DNA of 64,000 bases from an uncultured Clostridia bacterium (lineage in GTDB: Bacteria > Bacillota > Clostridia > TANB77 > CAG-508), in assembly GCA_963558405.1 (NCBI GenBank), contig CAUWGC010000005.1:833-64832 (forward strand), given 5' to 3'. A program made the position numbers and the translations under genes. Positions 39,891 through 51,657 of the stretch are shown here, in pieces. Each line of letters begins with the position of its first letter. Position 1 is the stretch's first letter. The notes under the pieces were generated by a model, which searched no databases, was not told the origin of the DNA, and was given only the letters and a program-made list of their open reading frames with translations.

Positions 39891-41216
39891 TTAAAATAAT
39901 CTCATAATACTTCCAGATAATTCTTCAATTGGATTTGCTGGTTCTTCTAAATCTTTTAAAGAATACGAAAATTCCATATCACTTTGCTGAACTGGCTTTG
40001 TTTTATATACTTCCTTAGGAAGTCCAATATTACCTTTTATTGTACTTGTCATATATGCTCTATACCAATCTTTTAATCCATTTAAAGAAGTCTCTTTATA
40101 TCCATATTTTTCATTATCATGAAGTTCTGGAATATTATATCCATTTTCCATAGCATTTCTTTCTAAAGTATGTAAAAACTCATGAATAAATACTTCCTCT
40201 GGAAATTCATTTTTATTATACTCAAAATGGTATAAATACTCTTTATCTTCCATTGGAATATGTACATTTGAAAAACCAATTTGTAGATAATCCATTCCAC
40301 CAAGACCAATCCATTTTGTCATATCTGAACTTATTCCATTATTAGCATCTCCTAAATTCATGCATATAAAAATGTGATCATACTCTTTTTCTTTTAAATA
40401 CTTTTGTATATGAGTATAAACATCTTTTGGTCCTACATAATATCCATTTTGTTCATCATAAGAAAGTGAAGTAATAGGTTCTGATATACGAAACATATCA
40501 AACTCAGCCGTCATAAGTCCATTTGAAAGATTTTCGCAAGTATCTATAAATCTTTCCATATCATTTTTCATAGTATAATAATCATAATCTTGCATAATTG
40601 TTTTTACTTCTTTTGTAGTACCATTACTTTCTATTTTTGCATTAATTTCATCAAAAAAGAAACAAGCAAAATTCCAATCTGTTGATTCATTTTCACTTCC
40701 AGCTTCTAATGTAAAATCTGAAAACCACGCAGTACCTTTTACATTATCATCATATCCACCTAATCTAAAACCTATATCTACTTCTTCTCTATTTTTTGAA
40801 TTAAACAAAAATTCTAACTTAATCCAATCTGATGTTCCAGTTATTGCATTTGATCTTTCTACTGTATCACCAATAACTATTTGAGCACCTGCTAAAGATG
40901 GTTCATTTTCAGTTACTACATCTTTAGTCTTTACCATGCAAGTTACTTTATATGGAGTATTAGGAGTAACTTTTACTTTTTTAGAAAACATTGCATCATT
41001 AAACTCTTTATTTGTAATACGATAACTAGACATATCAGAATATTTTACCTTGTTATCTCTTTTAAACTCAGCATATCCCAATGTATGCTCACTTCTTATA
41101 TATTCATTAAAATTATTTTCTTTATATAAACCATATGCCTTATATACGCCTATTAATAAAATAAAAACTATAAAATAATAAACTACTCTACCAACAAATG
41201 ATCTACTTTTTCTCAT
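39891..41216 (-). CDS. Membrane-anchored hypothetical protein with HEFLH motif (possible zinc metalloenzyme) and putative carbohydrate-binding-like region
   Basis: N-terminal TM anchor; IHEFLHTLE near C-terminus. Confidence 0.45.
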   Translation of the reverse strand: MRKSRSFVGRVVYYFIVFILLIGVYKAYGLYKENNFNEYIRSEHTLGYAEFKRDNKVKYSDMSSYRITNKEFNDAMFSKKVKVTPNTPYKVTCMVKTKDVVTENEPSLAGAQIVIGDTVERSNAITGTSDWIKLEFLFNSKNREEVDIGFRLGGYDDNVKGTAWFSDFTLEAGSENESTDWNFACFFFDEINAKIESNGTTKEVKTIMQDYDYYTMKNDMERFIDTCENLSNGLMTAEFDMFRISEPITSLSYDEQNGYYVGPKDVYTHIQKYLKEKEYDHIFICMNLGDANNGISSDMTKWIGLGGMDYLQIGFSNVHIPMEDKEYLYHFEYNKNEFPEEVFIHEFLHTLERNAMENGYNIPELHDNEKYGYKETSLNGLKDWYRAYMTSTIKGNIGLPKEVYKTKPVQQSDMEFSYSLKDLEEPANPIEELSGSIMRLF

Positions 41217-41325
41217 CCAAATTCTCTCCTTCTATTTTATTATACTAAAATACTAAAGTAAAAAGCAATCATTATTTAAGATTTTGTAAAAAAAGTTAAT
41301 TTTACATTTCACTTAACTTTTGGCA

Positions 41326-41365
41326 ATAAAAAAGGTAGTTAACTATTTCTAATCAACTACCTTAA
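41326..41365 (-). terminator. Rho-independent terminator downstream of ileS
   Basis: AGGTAGTT-loop-AACTACCT hairpin followed by TTTTTTATTG on the minus strand. Confidence 0.5.
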
Positions 41366-41393
41366 TTATCAATAAGATACGTCCCTTTTGACA

Positions 41394-44162
41394 CTATTTT
41401 AAATTTTCACTACATCTTTTGCAAATTGTTGGGTTTTCTTTGTCTTGTCCTACTGTTGTTGAGTACATCCAGCATCTTTCACATTTTTCTCCTTCTGCCA
41501 TTTCTACTTTAACTCCTACTTTTTCTCCTTCGCTTCTGTTGTCTTGTTCTATTTGTAAGTCAGAGATTATAAATACCGTCATTAATAGTTCTTGATTTGC
41601 TTTTAAGAATTCGTATTCTGCTGGTTTTGCATATAATGTTACTTTTGAATTTAATGAGTGTCCAATAATTTTTTCTGCTCTTGCTTCTTCTAATTTTTTT
41701 GCAACTAATTCTTTATATGCTATTATTTTTTCCCATTTTTCTGCTAATTCTTTATTTTCCCATTTTTCGTTTACAACAGGATAAAAGTCTAACATTACAC
41801 TTTCCGTGTTTTCATTTTTGCGGTGTGGCATATATTTCCATATTTCTTCTGCTGTAAAGCATGTCATTGGAGCTAATATACGAACCAATGCACTTAGTAT
41901 TTTATACATAGTATATTGAGCAGCTCTTCTTTCTTTTGATTCTACTTTATAAGTATATAGCCTATCTTTTATAATATCTAAATAGAAATTACTCATATCT
42001 GTTACACAGAATTGATTAATTGCATGATATGCTCCATGGAAATCGTATTTATCATAGCTTTGTGTACATTCTCTAATTAATTTATTTAATCTTAGTAATG
42101 CCCATTTATCAATTTCTAATAAATCATCATATGCAACTTCAGTTTCTGGATCATAATCTGATGTATTTCCTAAAATATATCTTGCTGTATTTCTTATTTT
42201 ACGATAACTTTCACTTATTTGTTTTAAAATGTCTTTTGATAAGCTAACATCTGTTTTGTAATCAGATGCAAGTACCCATAGTCTTAAAATATCAGCACCA
42301 TATTCTTTTATTACATCTTGTGGACTAATTCCATTTCCTAATGATTTAGACATTTTTCTACCTTCACCATCTACAGTCCATCCATGTGTTAATACTTCTT
42401 TATATGGAGCATGACCATTTACTGCTACTGATGTTAACATAGAAGCTTGGAACCATCCTCTGTATTGGTCTGCACCCTCTAAATATAAATCTGCTGGATA
42501 TGGTAAACCACGTTCTACTAATACACCTTGATGTGATGTACCAGAATCGAACCATACATCCATAATATCAGTTTCTTTTTTAAATTTTGTATGTCCACAA
42601 TGAGCACATTTTGCACCTTCTGGCATTAATTCTTCTGGTGCTAGGTCAAACCAAGCATTTGAACCTTTTTGTCTAAATATTTCTTGGATTTTTTTAATAG
42701 ATTCATCTGTAATATATTCTTTTCCACATTCTTCACAATAGAACATTGGAATAGGAACACCCCATGTACGTTGTCTAGAAATACACCAGTCTGCTCTATC
42801 TTCTACCATGCTTGCTATTCTATCTTCTCCCCAAGCTGGAACCCAGTTTACATTTTTTATTTCTTCTAATGTTTTATCTCTAAATTTATCAACAGAAGCA
42901 AACCATTGGTCTGTAGCTCTAAATATAATTGGATTTTTACATCTCCAACAATGTGGGTAAGAGTGATTAATTTTTTCTTTGTGTAATAAATAGTTATTTT
43001 CTTCTAACCAAGATATAATTGCTTCATTTGATTTATCATAATACAATCCTGCAAATGGACCTGCTTCTTCTGTTTGATATCCTTTTCCATTTACACAAAC
43101 AACTATATCTAATCCATTTTTTATTCCGCATAAATAGTCTTCCTTACCATATCCAGGAGCAGTATGAACAGCACCAGTACCTGTATCTAGTTCTACTACT
43201 ATTGTATTATCGCTTCCTAATACTACTCTAGAAGTTCTATCTAAAAATGGATGCTTACAAATAACGCCTTCTAATTCTGTACCTTCTAAAGTTTGTACTG
43301 TTTTATATTCTGCAATTTTAGCATTTTTCATAACTTCTTCTACTAAAGCAGTAGCCATTATTAGTTTTTCTTTTCCAGTATCAACTATACTATATTCGTA
43401 TTCTCCACCTACTGTAATACCAACATTACCTGGTAAAGTCCATGGAGTAGTAGTCCATATTACCATATAAGTATCTTTTGTATCAAATTTACCTTTGCTA
43501 TCTTCTACTTTAAATTTTACATAAATAGAAGTTGTATCACAATCTTTATATTCTATTTCTGCTTCAGCTAATGCTGTTTCGCAGTCTGTACACCAATATA
43601 CTGGTTTTAATCCTTTATAAATATATCCTTTTTGATACATCTTTCCAAATACACCAATTTGTCTTGCTTCATATTCTGGTCTTAAAGTAATATATGGATT
43701 TTCCCAATCACCTAGTACTCCTAATCTTTTAAAACCTTCTGTTTGTTTTTCAACAAATCCTAAAGCAAAATCTTTACATGTATCACGGAATTTAGAAACA
43801 CTTATTTCATCACGGTTTAACCCTAATACTTGTATTGCTCTTTTTTCTGTTGGAAGACCATGTGTATCATATCCAGGAACATATGGTGTATAAAAACCTT
43901 TTAAATTCTTATATCTAACTATTGTATCTTTTAATATTTTATTTAAAGCATGACCAATATGAATTTCTCCATTTGCATAAGGAGGTCCATCATGTAATAC
44001 AAAAGGTGTTTTACCTTCATTTTTCTTTAACATTTTTTCATATAAATCATTTTCAAATACATCTTTTTGTATATTAGGTTCATTTTGTGGTAAATTTGCT
44101 CTCATTGAAAAATCTGTCTTTGGTAAATTTAATGTTTTGCCATAATCTTTTTTTTCTTCCAT
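41394..44162 (-). CDS. ileS: Isoleucine--tRNA ligase (type 1, C-terminal zinc finger)
   Basis: HIGH (PYANGEIHIGH), KMSKS (KMSKSLGN), C-terminal CERCW...CKRC; 922 aa. Confidence 0.95.
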   Translation of the reverse strand: MEEKKDYGKTLNLPKTDFSMRANLPQNEPNIQKDVFENDLYEKMLKKNEGKTPFVLHDGPPYANGEIHIGHALNKILKDTIVRYKNLKGFYTPYVPGYDTHGLPTEKRAIQVLGLNRDEISVSKFRDTCKDFALGFVEKQTEGFKRLGVLGDWENPYITLRPEYEARQIGVFGKMYQKGYIYKGLKPVYWCTDCETALAEAEIEYKDCDTTSIYVKFKVEDSKGKFDTKDTYMVIWTTTPWTLPGNVGITVGGEYEYSIVDTGKEKLIMATALVEEVMKNAKIAEYKTVQTLEGTELEGVICKHPFLDRTSRVVLGSDNTIVVELDTGTGAVHTAPGYGKEDYLCGIKNGLDIVVCVNGKGYQTEEAGPFAGLYYDKSNEAIISWLEENNYLLHKEKINHSYPHCWRCKNPIIFRATDQWFASVDKFRDKTLEEIKNVNWVPAWGEDRIASMVEDRADWCISRQRTWGVPIPMFYCEECGKEYITDESIKKIQEIFRQKGSNAWFDLAPEELMPEGAKCAHCGHTKFKKETDIMDVWFDSGTSHQGVLVERGLPYPADLYLEGADQYRGWFQASMLTSVAVNGHAPYKEVLTHGWTVDGEGRKMSKSLGNGISPQDVIKEYGADILRLWVLASDYKTDVSLSKDILKQISESYRKIRNTARYILGNTSDYDPETEVAYDDLLEIDKWALLRLNKLIRECTQSYDKYDFHGAYHAINQFCVTDMSNFYLDIIKDRLYTYKVESKERRAAQYTMYKILSALVRILAPMTCFTAEEIWKYMPHRKNENTESVMLDFYPVVNEKWENKELAEKWEKIIAYKELVAKKLEEARAEKIIGHSLNSKVTLYAKPAEYEFLKANQELLMTVFIISDLQIEQDNRSEGEKVGVKVEMAEGEKCERCWMYSTTVGQDKENPTICKRCSENLK

Positions 44163-44164
44163 TT

Positions 44165-44470
44165 ACATCCCTCTTTCTTATATTATAAAAAATAAGTCCA
44201 TTTCATCTTTTAGGACGAAATGGACTTTTATTTTCCGTGGTACCACCTAATTTAGAATAATTTTTAAATTATTCTCACTCTATTCCTTTTAACGCAAGGA
44301 TACGATTCTTCTTACTATATATTTCTGAAGAATAACAATTAGGTGATAACAAATAATTTATTATTCTACTAAACTTTCACCATTTGTTTAGCTCTCTAAA
44401 GATTTTATATTATCTGTCCTGTCCTAATTCTCATTTTTAATGTAAATATAATATCACTTTTTATTTGCTT
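44165..44470 (-). promoter_or_regulatory. T-box riboswitch leader of ileS (Ile specifier)
   Basis: Minus strand carries the T-box sequence AAATTAGGTGGTACCACGG (plus-strand 44233-44251 ccgtggtaccacctaattt). This is followed by terminator hairpin GTCCATTTC...GAAATGGAC + T-run ending about 20 nt before the ileS RBS. Stem I region carries AGAGAG and an ATC triplet in a candidate specifier loop. Confidence 0.8.
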
Positions 44471-44491
44471 TGACAAGTATTTAAAAACTTT

Positions 44492-45814
44492 TTATGCAGT
44501 TTCTATATTATCACTTTCTAATTTAGTTGTTTCTCTTTTTGTCTTTTTTTGTTTTTGGTCTTTGTTATTATTAACAACAATATCTGGTTTTTCGCCTTTT
44601 TCTACTGTTTCTTTAGTTACAATACATTTTTCTATTTTAGGATTAGAAGGAACTTCGTACATAATATCCCTCATAATTTCTTCTATAATAGAACGTAATC
44701 CTCTAGCACCAGTTTTTCTTTCTATTGCTTTATCAACTATTAACTCTAAAGCTTCTGGTTCAAATTCTAATTCTACATCATCATATTTCATTAATTTTTT
44801 ATATTGTTTTACTAATGCATTTTTTGGTTTTGTTACAATATCAATTAATGCTTTTCTATCTAATTCTTCTAAAGTAGCAATAATAGGTAATCTTCCTACA
44901 AACTCTGGAATTAAACCAAACTTTAATAAATCTTGAGGTAATAATTTTTCAAAGATTTCATATTTTTTTGTATCATTATTACTTTGAATATTAGCACCAA
45001 AACCAATTGATTTTTTACCAACACGGTCTTTTATTATGTTTTCTAATCCTTCAAAAGCACCTCCACAAATAAATAGAATGTTTTGTGTATTTATTTGTAA
45101 TAATTCTTGATGTGGATGTTTTCTTCCACCTTGTGGTGGTACAGATGCAACAGTTCCTTCAACTATTTTAAGTAATGCTTGTTGTACGCCTTCACCACTA
45201 ACATCTCTGGTAATAGAAGGATTTTCTGATTTTCTAGAAATTTTATCAATTTCGTCAATGTATATAATTCCTCTTTCTGCTTTTTCTATATTATAATCTG
45301 CTGCTTGAATTAATTTTAACAAAATATTTTCAACGTCTTCTCCAACATATCCTGCTTCTGTAAGAGTAGTAGCATCTGCTATTGCAAATGGTACATTTAA
45401 AATTTTAGCAAGTGTTTGAGCAAGTAATGTTTTTCCACATCCCGTTGGTCCCAATAGAAGTACATTACTTTTTTGTATTTCTACTCCATCATCATCTTTT
45501 TCACTATTATTAATACGTTTATAATGGTTATACACAGCTACTGCTAATGTTTTTTTTGCTTCTTCTTGACCTATAACATATTCGTCTAATATAGACTTTA
45601 TTTGCTGAGGATTTGGAATTTCATCCATATTATTTAAAGTATAACCTGTTTCTTCCTCATAATTGTCATCTTCTAAAATATTAGTACATACTTTAACACA
45701 TTCATTGCATATATATACACCTGGTCCTGCTACAATTCTGTCTACTTCCTCTTGCATTTTTCCGCAAAATGAACATTTTATACTTCTATTTCCTGTATTT
45801 TTAGCCATTTTCAA
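44492..45814 (-). CDS. clpX: ATP-dependent Clp protease ATP-binding subunit ClpX
   Basis: N-terminal C4 zinc finger (CSFCGK...CNEC), Walker A GPTGCGKT. Confidence 0.95.
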   Translation of the reverse strand: MKMAKNTGNRSIKCSFCGKMQEEVDRIVAGPGVYICNECVKVCTNILEDDNYEEETGYTLNNMDEIPNPQQIKSILDEYVIGQEEAKKTLAVAVYNHYKRINNSEKDDDGVEIQKSNVLLLGPTGCGKTLLAQTLAKILNVPFAIADATTLTEAGYVGEDVENILLKLIQAADYNIEKAERGIIYIDEIDKISRKSENPSITRDVSGEGVQQALLKIVEGTVASVPPQGGRKHPHQELLQINTQNILFICGGAFEGLENIIKDRVGKKSIGFGANIQSNNDTKKYEIFEKLLPQDLLKFGLIPEFVGRLPIIATLEELDRKALIDIVTKPKNALVKQYKKLMKYDDVELEFEPEALELIVDKAIERKTGARGLRSIIEEIMRDIMYEVPSNPKIEKCIVTKETVEKGEKPDIVVNNNKDQKQKKTKRETTKLESDNIETA

Positions 45815-45850
45815 TCTCCTTATTTTTTTATAATCATTTCTATCTTTAGT

Positions 45851-46456
45851 TTATTGTCTTTTATCAATTATTCCATCAATTAATCCATAAGCTAATGCTT
45901 CTTCTGCTGTCATATAATGATCTCTTTCTGTATCTCTATTAATAGTTTCTAAACTTTGACCAGTTTTTTCACTAAGTAATTTATTTAATTTTTCTCTTGT
46001 CTTTACCATATGGTCTGCATGAATTTTAATTTCTGTTGTTTGACCAGAAAGTCCGCCACCACCAATTAATGGTTGATGAATTAAAATTTCTGAATTTGGT
46101 GTTGCAAATCTTCTTCCTTTTTCTCCTGAAGCTAATAGTACAGAACCCATACTTGCTGCCATACCAATACAAATAGTAGAAACTGGACATTTAATATAGT
46201 TCATAGTATCTACAATTGCCATTCCATCTGTAATAGATCCTCCTGGGCTGTTAATATATAAACTAATTTCTTTATCTGGATCTTCTGACTCTAGAAATAA
46301 TAATTGTGCAATTATTAAGCTAGATGTTGTTGGATTTACATCCTCACCTAAAAATATAATTCTGTCCTTTAATAATCTTGAGAAAATATCATAAGATCTT
46401 TCTCCTTTTGATGTTTGTTCAATAACATATGGTACTAAACTTGCAAATTCTTTCAT
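45851..46456 (-). CDS. clpP: ATP-dependent Clp protease proteolytic subunit ClpP
   Basis: GMAASMGS active-site serine motif; 201 aa. Confidence 0.95.
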   Translation of the reverse strand: MKEFASLVPYVIEQTSKGERSYDIFSRLLKDRIIFLGEDVNPTTSSLIIAQLLFLESEDPDKEISLYINSPGGSITDGMAIVDTMNYIKCPVSTICIGMAASMGSVLLASGEKGRRFATPNSEILIHQPLIGGGGLSGQTTEIKIHADHMVKTREKLNKLLSEKTGQSLETINRDTERDHYMTAEEALAYGLIDGIIDKRQ

Positions 46457-46564
46457 TTTTATCCTCCTTAGATTTTATGTATTTATATTCATAATAGTAC
46501 AAAAAGCCAGAGGCATATTTTTTATTTTTTAAAAATAGTTACCCCTAACTTTTTACCTTACTTT

Positions 46565-47857
46565 TTATTTTATTTTTGCATTATCTACAATATAACGAAT
46601 GGCTTTTTCTTCTTTTATACTTTTTTCTAAGTATTTTTTAAGATTTTCATTTAATTTTAGTTCATCTTCTTTACGTCCGTAATTTTCTGCCATTTCTTTT
46701 ATCTTGCTTGCTACTTCATCTTCTGCTACTTCTATTTTTGCATCATTTGCAACAGCTTCTAAAACAAGTCTTGATTTTACGCTTTCTTTTGCTTGTTCTT
46801 CATATTCCTTTCTAAAATCAGCTTCTGTTTTATTAAGCATTTGCAAATATTGTTCTAATTTAAGTCCTTGGTAAGAAAGTCTAGCTTCTACTTCTTTTAC
46901 CATATTATCAATTTCAGATTCAATCATTCCAGATGGAATATCTATTTCTGTAGCTTCACAAACTGCTTTTATAGCAGCTTCTTCAGTTTCATATTTAGCT
47001 CTTCTTGTATTTTCCTCTTCTAATTTTTCTTTTATACTATTTTTTAATTCTTCTAAAGTATCAAATTCGCTTACATCTTTTGCAAACTCATCATCAACTT
47101 CTGGAAGTTCTTTTACTTTTATTTCATGTAATTTAACTTTAAAAATAGCTTCTTTTCCAGCTAAATCTTTAGAGAAATAATCTTCTGGGAATGTAACTTT
47201 AATATCTTTTTCTTCTTCTATTTTCATTCCAATAATTTGATCTTCAAATCCTGGAATAAAAGTTTTGCTTCCAATTGTTAATTCATGTCCTTCAGCTTTT
47301 CCACCATCAAAAGCAACACCATCAATAGAACCTTCAAAATCTATAACAACTATATCTTTGTCTTTTACTTCTCTATCTTCTACTGTTACAATTCTTGCAT
47401 TTCTTTCTCTCATATGTTCTATTTCGTGATTAATATCTTCATCAGAAACAGTATACTCAATTTTCTTTAAAGCTATACCTTTATATTTTCCAACTTTAAC
47501 TTCTGGTTTAGTTTGAACAACAGCAGTAAAAATAAGGTCTTGTCCTTTTCCTATTTGTTTAACATCAATATCAGGTCTGCTAACAGCTTCTATATTATTT
47601 TCTGCTAATTCTTTTTCAAAAATTTCTGGAACAACTTCGTTAAAAGCATCTTCATAGAAAATTTCTTTTCCATAATATTTTTCTACAATAGCTAAAGGAG
47701 CTTTTCCTTTTCTAAATCCTGGTATGTTAAAATATTTAGCACTTTTAACATATACTTTTTTAATTGCCTCATCAAATTTAGCTGCCTCTACAGTAAATTC
47801 TAATTTTAATTCATTATTTTTGTCGGTTTTCTCAACTTTGATACTCATTTTATTCAT
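46565..47857 (-). CDS. tig: Trigger factor
   Basis: 430 aa; GFRKGKAP ribosome-binding motif; tig-clpP-clpX order. Confidence 0.95.
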   Translation of the reverse strand: MNKMSIKVEKTDKNNELKLEFTVEAAKFDEAIKKVYVKSAKYFNIPGFRKGKAPLAIVEKYYGKEIFYEDAFNEVVPEIFEKELAENNIEAVSRPDIDVKQIGKGQDLIFTAVVQTKPEVKVGKYKGIALKKIEYTVSDEDINHEIEHMRERNARIVTVEDREVKDKDIVVIDFEGSIDGVAFDGGKAEGHELTIGSKTFIPGFEDQIIGMKIEEEKDIKVTFPEDYFSKDLAGKEAIFKVKLHEIKVKELPEVDDEFAKDVSEFDTLEELKNSIKEKLEEENTRRAKYETEEAAIKAVCEATEIDIPSGMIESEIDNMVKEVEARLSYQGLKLEQYLQMLNKTEADFRKEYEEQAKESVKSRLVLEAVANDAKIEVAEDEVASKIKEMAENYGRKEDELKLNENLKKYLEKSIKEEKAIRYIVDNAKIK

Positions 47858-47964
47858 CCTTTCCGATTTTTTATGTTACTTATTTCTTAGCTTTTATATT
47901 ATATCATGGATTTTTAAGATTTCAAGGGGTTGATTAATATTTCATTCAATTTTCATTTATTTTT

Positions 47965-49428
47965 TCATTCCACCGGTGCATAATCATCCGTCAAATACTG
48001 TCCTAAAGTATCACTTATCTTTCTTTCATTACTTAATAATTCCTTATACTCTGCACTTTCTTCTAATTCAAAATTCCCCTTTTTGCTTCCAACCAATATA
48101 AAATTTTGCTTTCTATTTATATCTATGTTAGGTGCTACTTGATACACAAGTACTGTTGGAAATACTTTTTTATATGTTTCGTATTCCATTTTTAAGAATT
48201 CAGAATCTTTTCCTTCTAAAGAACCTAAAATATTTGTGATAACCACTCCATTGTCTGTTAATGCTTGACTAATTTTATTGGTAGCTTCCAATGTTGTTAA
48301 CTCAAATGGAACACTTAATCCTTTAAATGCATCTACAAATATTGCATCATATTTTTTTGAACAAGAATTCAAGTATGTTCTTCCATCTTGATGATAAATA
48401 CCTAGCCTTGGATTTTCTTGTAATTCAAAATATTCTTTTGCAAGTTCTGTCATTTTTTTATCTATTTCTACAACATCTATTGTATTATTAGGATATTTTT
48501 CTAAATAATGCCTGGGATATGTATAAGCCGCTCCTCCTATTAATAGAGTATTTTTAGCTTCATTATTAAAATATTTAAACAAATCATAATACTCTAAATA
48601 TTTAGCTCCCATCTTTTTTGTTTCTTCATCTATATATGATTCTAAACCCGTATCTACCTGTAGCATTTTATATGTTTTTCCATTAATTTCTTGTTTTTTT
48701 ATCCATATTCTACTGTATTCTGAATCTGTATCTAATATTATATCTGGATTTTCTTGTTTAAATATATATCTTCCAAGGTACAATAAAGTAAGTATACAAA
48801 TTATACAAACTAATACATAACAATAATATTTTTTAGTTTTATTTTCATATATAAAAATTGCTAAAAGTAATAAAATAATAGTAAGTCCTAATATGATATT
48901 TTTAACACCTAAGTTTGGAATTAAAACAAATCCTGATAAAAATGTTCCTACTATACTTCCTAAGGTAGAAAATGCTGATAATTTTCCAGATGTTTTTCCT
49001 ATATTTTCTGTTCCTACTTCTTTTAATCTTATTGCATATGGAGAAATTGTTGCTAATAAAAAACTTGGAATTGCAAATACAAGTAAACTGCTTAATATTG
49101 CTACAATTCCTAGGTTAGGTATTAGTAAAGCTAATTGTTTTATAACGCTTGTTTCCAATATTGGAATAAAACTTGTTAATATTGCAGATAGCAATATTAT
49201 ATTAGAAAGTAAATTCCTTTTTGGTGTTTTATCTGCTAATTTTCCTCCATACCAATATCCCAAACTCATACTAATTAATATTACCCCAATAATACTTGTC
49301 CAAATAACGTTTGAGCTTCCTACATATGGTGAAAGTACTCTTGCTGCAATTAATTCTAATACCATAATTGCAGCACCACATATAAATACAATAATTTCTA
49401 ATATGTACTTTTCTATTTTTTGTTTCAT
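47965..49428 (-). CDS. Spermidine-synthase-like protein fused to an N-terminal polytopic membrane domain
   Basis: About 7 TM helices then aminopropyltransferase fold (IGGAAYTYPRHYL...VVEID...YDAIFVDAF). Confidence 0.75.
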   Translation of the reverse strand: MKQKIEKYILEIIVFICGAAIMVLELIAARVLSPYVGSSNVIWTSIIGVILISMSLGYWYGGKLADKTPKRNLLSNIILLSAILTSFIPILETSVIKQLALLIPNLGIVAILSSLLVFAIPSFLLATISPYAIRLKEVGTENIGKTSGKLSAFSTLGSIVGTFLSGFVLIPNLGVKNIILGLTIILLLLAIFIYENKTKKYYCYVLVCIICILTLLYLGRYIFKQENPDIILDTDSEYSRIWIKKQEINGKTYKMLQVDTGLESYIDEETKKMGAKYLEYYDLFKYFNNEAKNTLLIGGAAYTYPRHYLEKYPNNTIDVVEIDKKMTELAKEYFELQENPRLGIYHQDGRTYLNSCSKKYDAIFVDAFKGLSVPFELTTLEATNKISQALTDNGVVITNILGSLEGKDSEFLKMEYETYKKVFPTVLVYQVAPNIDINRKQNFILVGSKKGNFELEESAEYKELLSNERKISDTLGQYLTDDYAPVE

Positions 49429-49452
49429 TATGCTTTCCTCTTTCTTTTTACA

Positions 49453-49962
49453 TTAGCTATTTTGATATGTAGAAGCTTTTGGTGGTGTTTTTCCTTTTAA
49501 TACTTTATGATAATATTCATATGTTAATGAAGGTTTACTACTTAACACATTAGCGTCTTTAGCTTCTAACACAAATAATACATGTGTTCCACAATCAATT
49601 TCTTGTATAATATCACATTCTATATATGAAACTGTACTTTCTGTAATTATTGGTATTCCATTTTCTCCTGTAATGTACATTGTATCTTCTAATTTATTGT
49701 AATCTTTTCCTGTTCTAAATCCAAATTTACCAATAAGTAAAAAGTCTGTATCTTGTGCTAGTACAGAAATATTAACTTTTTTAGCCTTTTTCATAATTTC
49801 TGTTGTATAGTTTTCCTTATTTACAGCAACAGTCAATTTTGGGTTTTCTTCAGCTGTTATTTGACAAACTGTATTTACTACACAACCTGAAAATTCGTTT
49901 TCATATTTTGAAGTAATTATATATACTCCATAAGATAGTGAATATAAAGATTTTTTATCCAT
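49453..49962 (-). CDS. Flavin reductase-like FMN-binding protein
   Basis: 169 aa with flavin-reductase fold pattern (GVYIITSKYENEFSGCVVNTV ... GTHVLFVLE). Confidence 0.7.
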   Translation of the reverse strand: MDKKSLYSLSYGVYIITSKYENEFSGCVVNTVCQITAEENPKLTVAVNKENYTTEIMKKAKKVNISVLAQDTDFLLIGKFGFRTGKDYNKLEDTMYITGENGIPIITESTVSYIECDIIQEIDCGTHVLFVLEAKDANVLSSKPSLTYEYYHKVLKGKTPPKASTYQNS

Positions 49963-50026
49963 TATATTTTTCCTCCTTTTTTTATTTTTCTCATTTTATC
50001 ATATATTTTTAATAAATATCAATAAT

Positions 50027-51589
50027 TTATATTTTTTCTATAACTATATTTCTTCCTTTTTTATTTTTCTCTATCTCATCAGCTCTATATGAGCATATTT
50101 TGTATTGGTTTAAATTATCAAATCTTATTATTACAGCTTTAGTATAATGATTTTCTTCTGATGGTGGATTTTCTTTAATTATAATACTTGCTTTAGTTTG
50201 ATTTAGTGTTTCAAATGTTGTCATAAATCCTATACCACTTCCACCTGTATCTTTGTGTGTAGTAATAGGCTTAGTACCTAATTTTACTAGTGTTCCAATT
50301 TCGAACTCTATTCCTGTGTCGTAAATACATAATTCATACTTTTTGTTTTTTACTCCCAATATTACAAAGATTTCTCTATTATTATTTTTAGAACTATTTA
50401 CTGCAATTATAGCATCTCTAATATGATCACCTATCATTGTTTCTAGTTTATTTTTAGGTATTATATTGTTTACTAAATAATATATGTTTCCAGAAATTTT
50501 TAAATTAAATTCAATATTATTGTCATAACACTCCTTTTGCATATATTTAAACATATTATCTATTTCTTGTATTCCGGTAACTTCTAACTCGGGTAATGTT
50601 TTTATATCCTTAATTTTTTGAGAATATTCATTTGTTAAATCTTGTATTTTATTTAATAAACTTAATTCTTCTGCAGTTTCAGTTTTCATATTTTCTTTTA
50701 CAAACATTTCTAATGCTTTTTGCCTATTATAGAACTCATGAGTAATTTTGCTAATATTGTACTTTTCCGCTTCTAAGTCTTGGATTTGGAGATTTTGCTG
50801 TTTTATTGTTTCTTCATATTCAAATAAAGCATCATTTAATAATTTTTGTTTATAATACATTGTTAGTGTCTTATAAATTATTATACACATTGTAAAAGCT
50901 AATATAAAAAATGTAATTAACAAATTCTTTCTTATTTCTTCTATACTTTCGAAAATAGTTCCAAGTAAGCATGTAATTAATATTATCGCTATACTGATAT
51001 TAATTAAGACAATATCTGCAAAATCACTATTAAACTTTTGTTTTATAAAATCTAATCCGTTTTTTATTTTTCTTATTCTTACTAACAAATATAAAAATAT
51101 AAATTGTAAAAGTAATATAAAGAATGTATTAATGTATAAATTTTCAACTTTAAATACTATATAAGGAAAATATAATGTTAATGTACTTATAACTAAACAT
51201 ATAGAACAAATAGCATATGAAATTATCACTATAACTAATGTATTTCCTATTTTCTCTTTAAACAACCAACTTAATATGTTTACATATACTAATCCCGCAA
51301 TTACAACGGATAATAATGAACTAACATTAAATTCAATATACATACAAATAAATGTAACTATTATGTTTAACACATAAATTAAAATTTTTCTCTTTATATT
51401 ATCATACTTTATGTTTGATAATTTTTTAAAAGAATAATATACATATAAATTCATTATAAATGTTTTTAAATAATATATACTTATGTATTTTTGATTATCC
51501 ATATTTCTCCTCGCTAATAGTATTATTATATATAAAAAAAATGCAATAATCAATATAATATGTTTTTTTAACAATATTCTTTTGATCAT
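50027..51589 (-). CDS. Polytopic sensor histidine kinase, AgrC/HPK10-like
   Basis: 6-7 N-terminal TM helices, H-box-like ISKITHEFYNRQ, G-box GGSGIGFMT at the C-terminus. Confidence 0.65.
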   Translation of the reverse strand: MIKRILLKKHIILIIAFFLYIIILLARRNMDNQKYISIYYLKTFIMNLYVYYSFKKLSNIKYDNIKRKILIYVLNIIVTFICMYIEFNVSSLLSVVIAGLVYVNILSWLFKEKIGNTLVIVIISYAICSICLVISTLTLYFPYIVFKVENLYINTFFILLLQFIFLYLLVRIRKIKNGLDFIKQKFNSDFADIVLINISIAIILITCLLGTIFESIEEIRKNLLITFFILAFTMCIIIYKTLTMYYKQKLLNDALFEYEETIKQQNLQIQDLEAEKYNISKITHEFYNRQKALEMFVKENMKTETAEELSLLNKIQDLTNEYSQKIKDIKTLPELEVTGIQEIDNMFKYMQKECYDNNIEFNLKISGNIYYLVNNIIPKNKLETMIGDHIRDAIIAVNSSKNNNREIFVILGVKNKKYELCIYDTGIEFEIGTLVKLGTKPITTHKDTGGSGIGFMTTFETLNQTKASIIIKENPPSEENHYTKAVIIRFDNLNQYKICSYRADEIEKNKKGRNIVIEKI

Positions 51590-51615
51590 TGCATTATCTT
51601 AATTTTATTTTAATA

Positions 51616-51657
51616 TTATCTTAACCAAAAAGCTAACCATTCCCAGAAACTCATCAT
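51616..51657 (-). CDS. Candidate 13-aa mini-ORF MMSFWEWLAFWLR with strong SD, between the regulator and kinase genes
   Basis: GGGAGGTGA 8 nt upstream of ATGATG; TAA stop; located after the regulator-gene terminator and 26 nt upstream of the kinase start. Confidence 0.3.
   Translation of the reverse strand: MMSFWEWLAFWLR

Noticed and set aside
44562-44936. 124-aa plus-strand ORF
   Set aside because: Antisense inside clpX; no SD, low complexity.
46457-46564. CtsR operator (GGTCAAA direct heptads) upstream of clpP
   Set aside because: No GTCAAA repeat is present in the clpP upstream region. The nearest resemblance, AGGTAAAAAGTTAGGGGTAA, does not fit.
48893-49456. 187-aa plus-strand ORF
   Set aside because: Antisense to the well-supported spermidine-synthase-like gene; hydrophobic low-complexity translation typical of AT-rich antisense frames.
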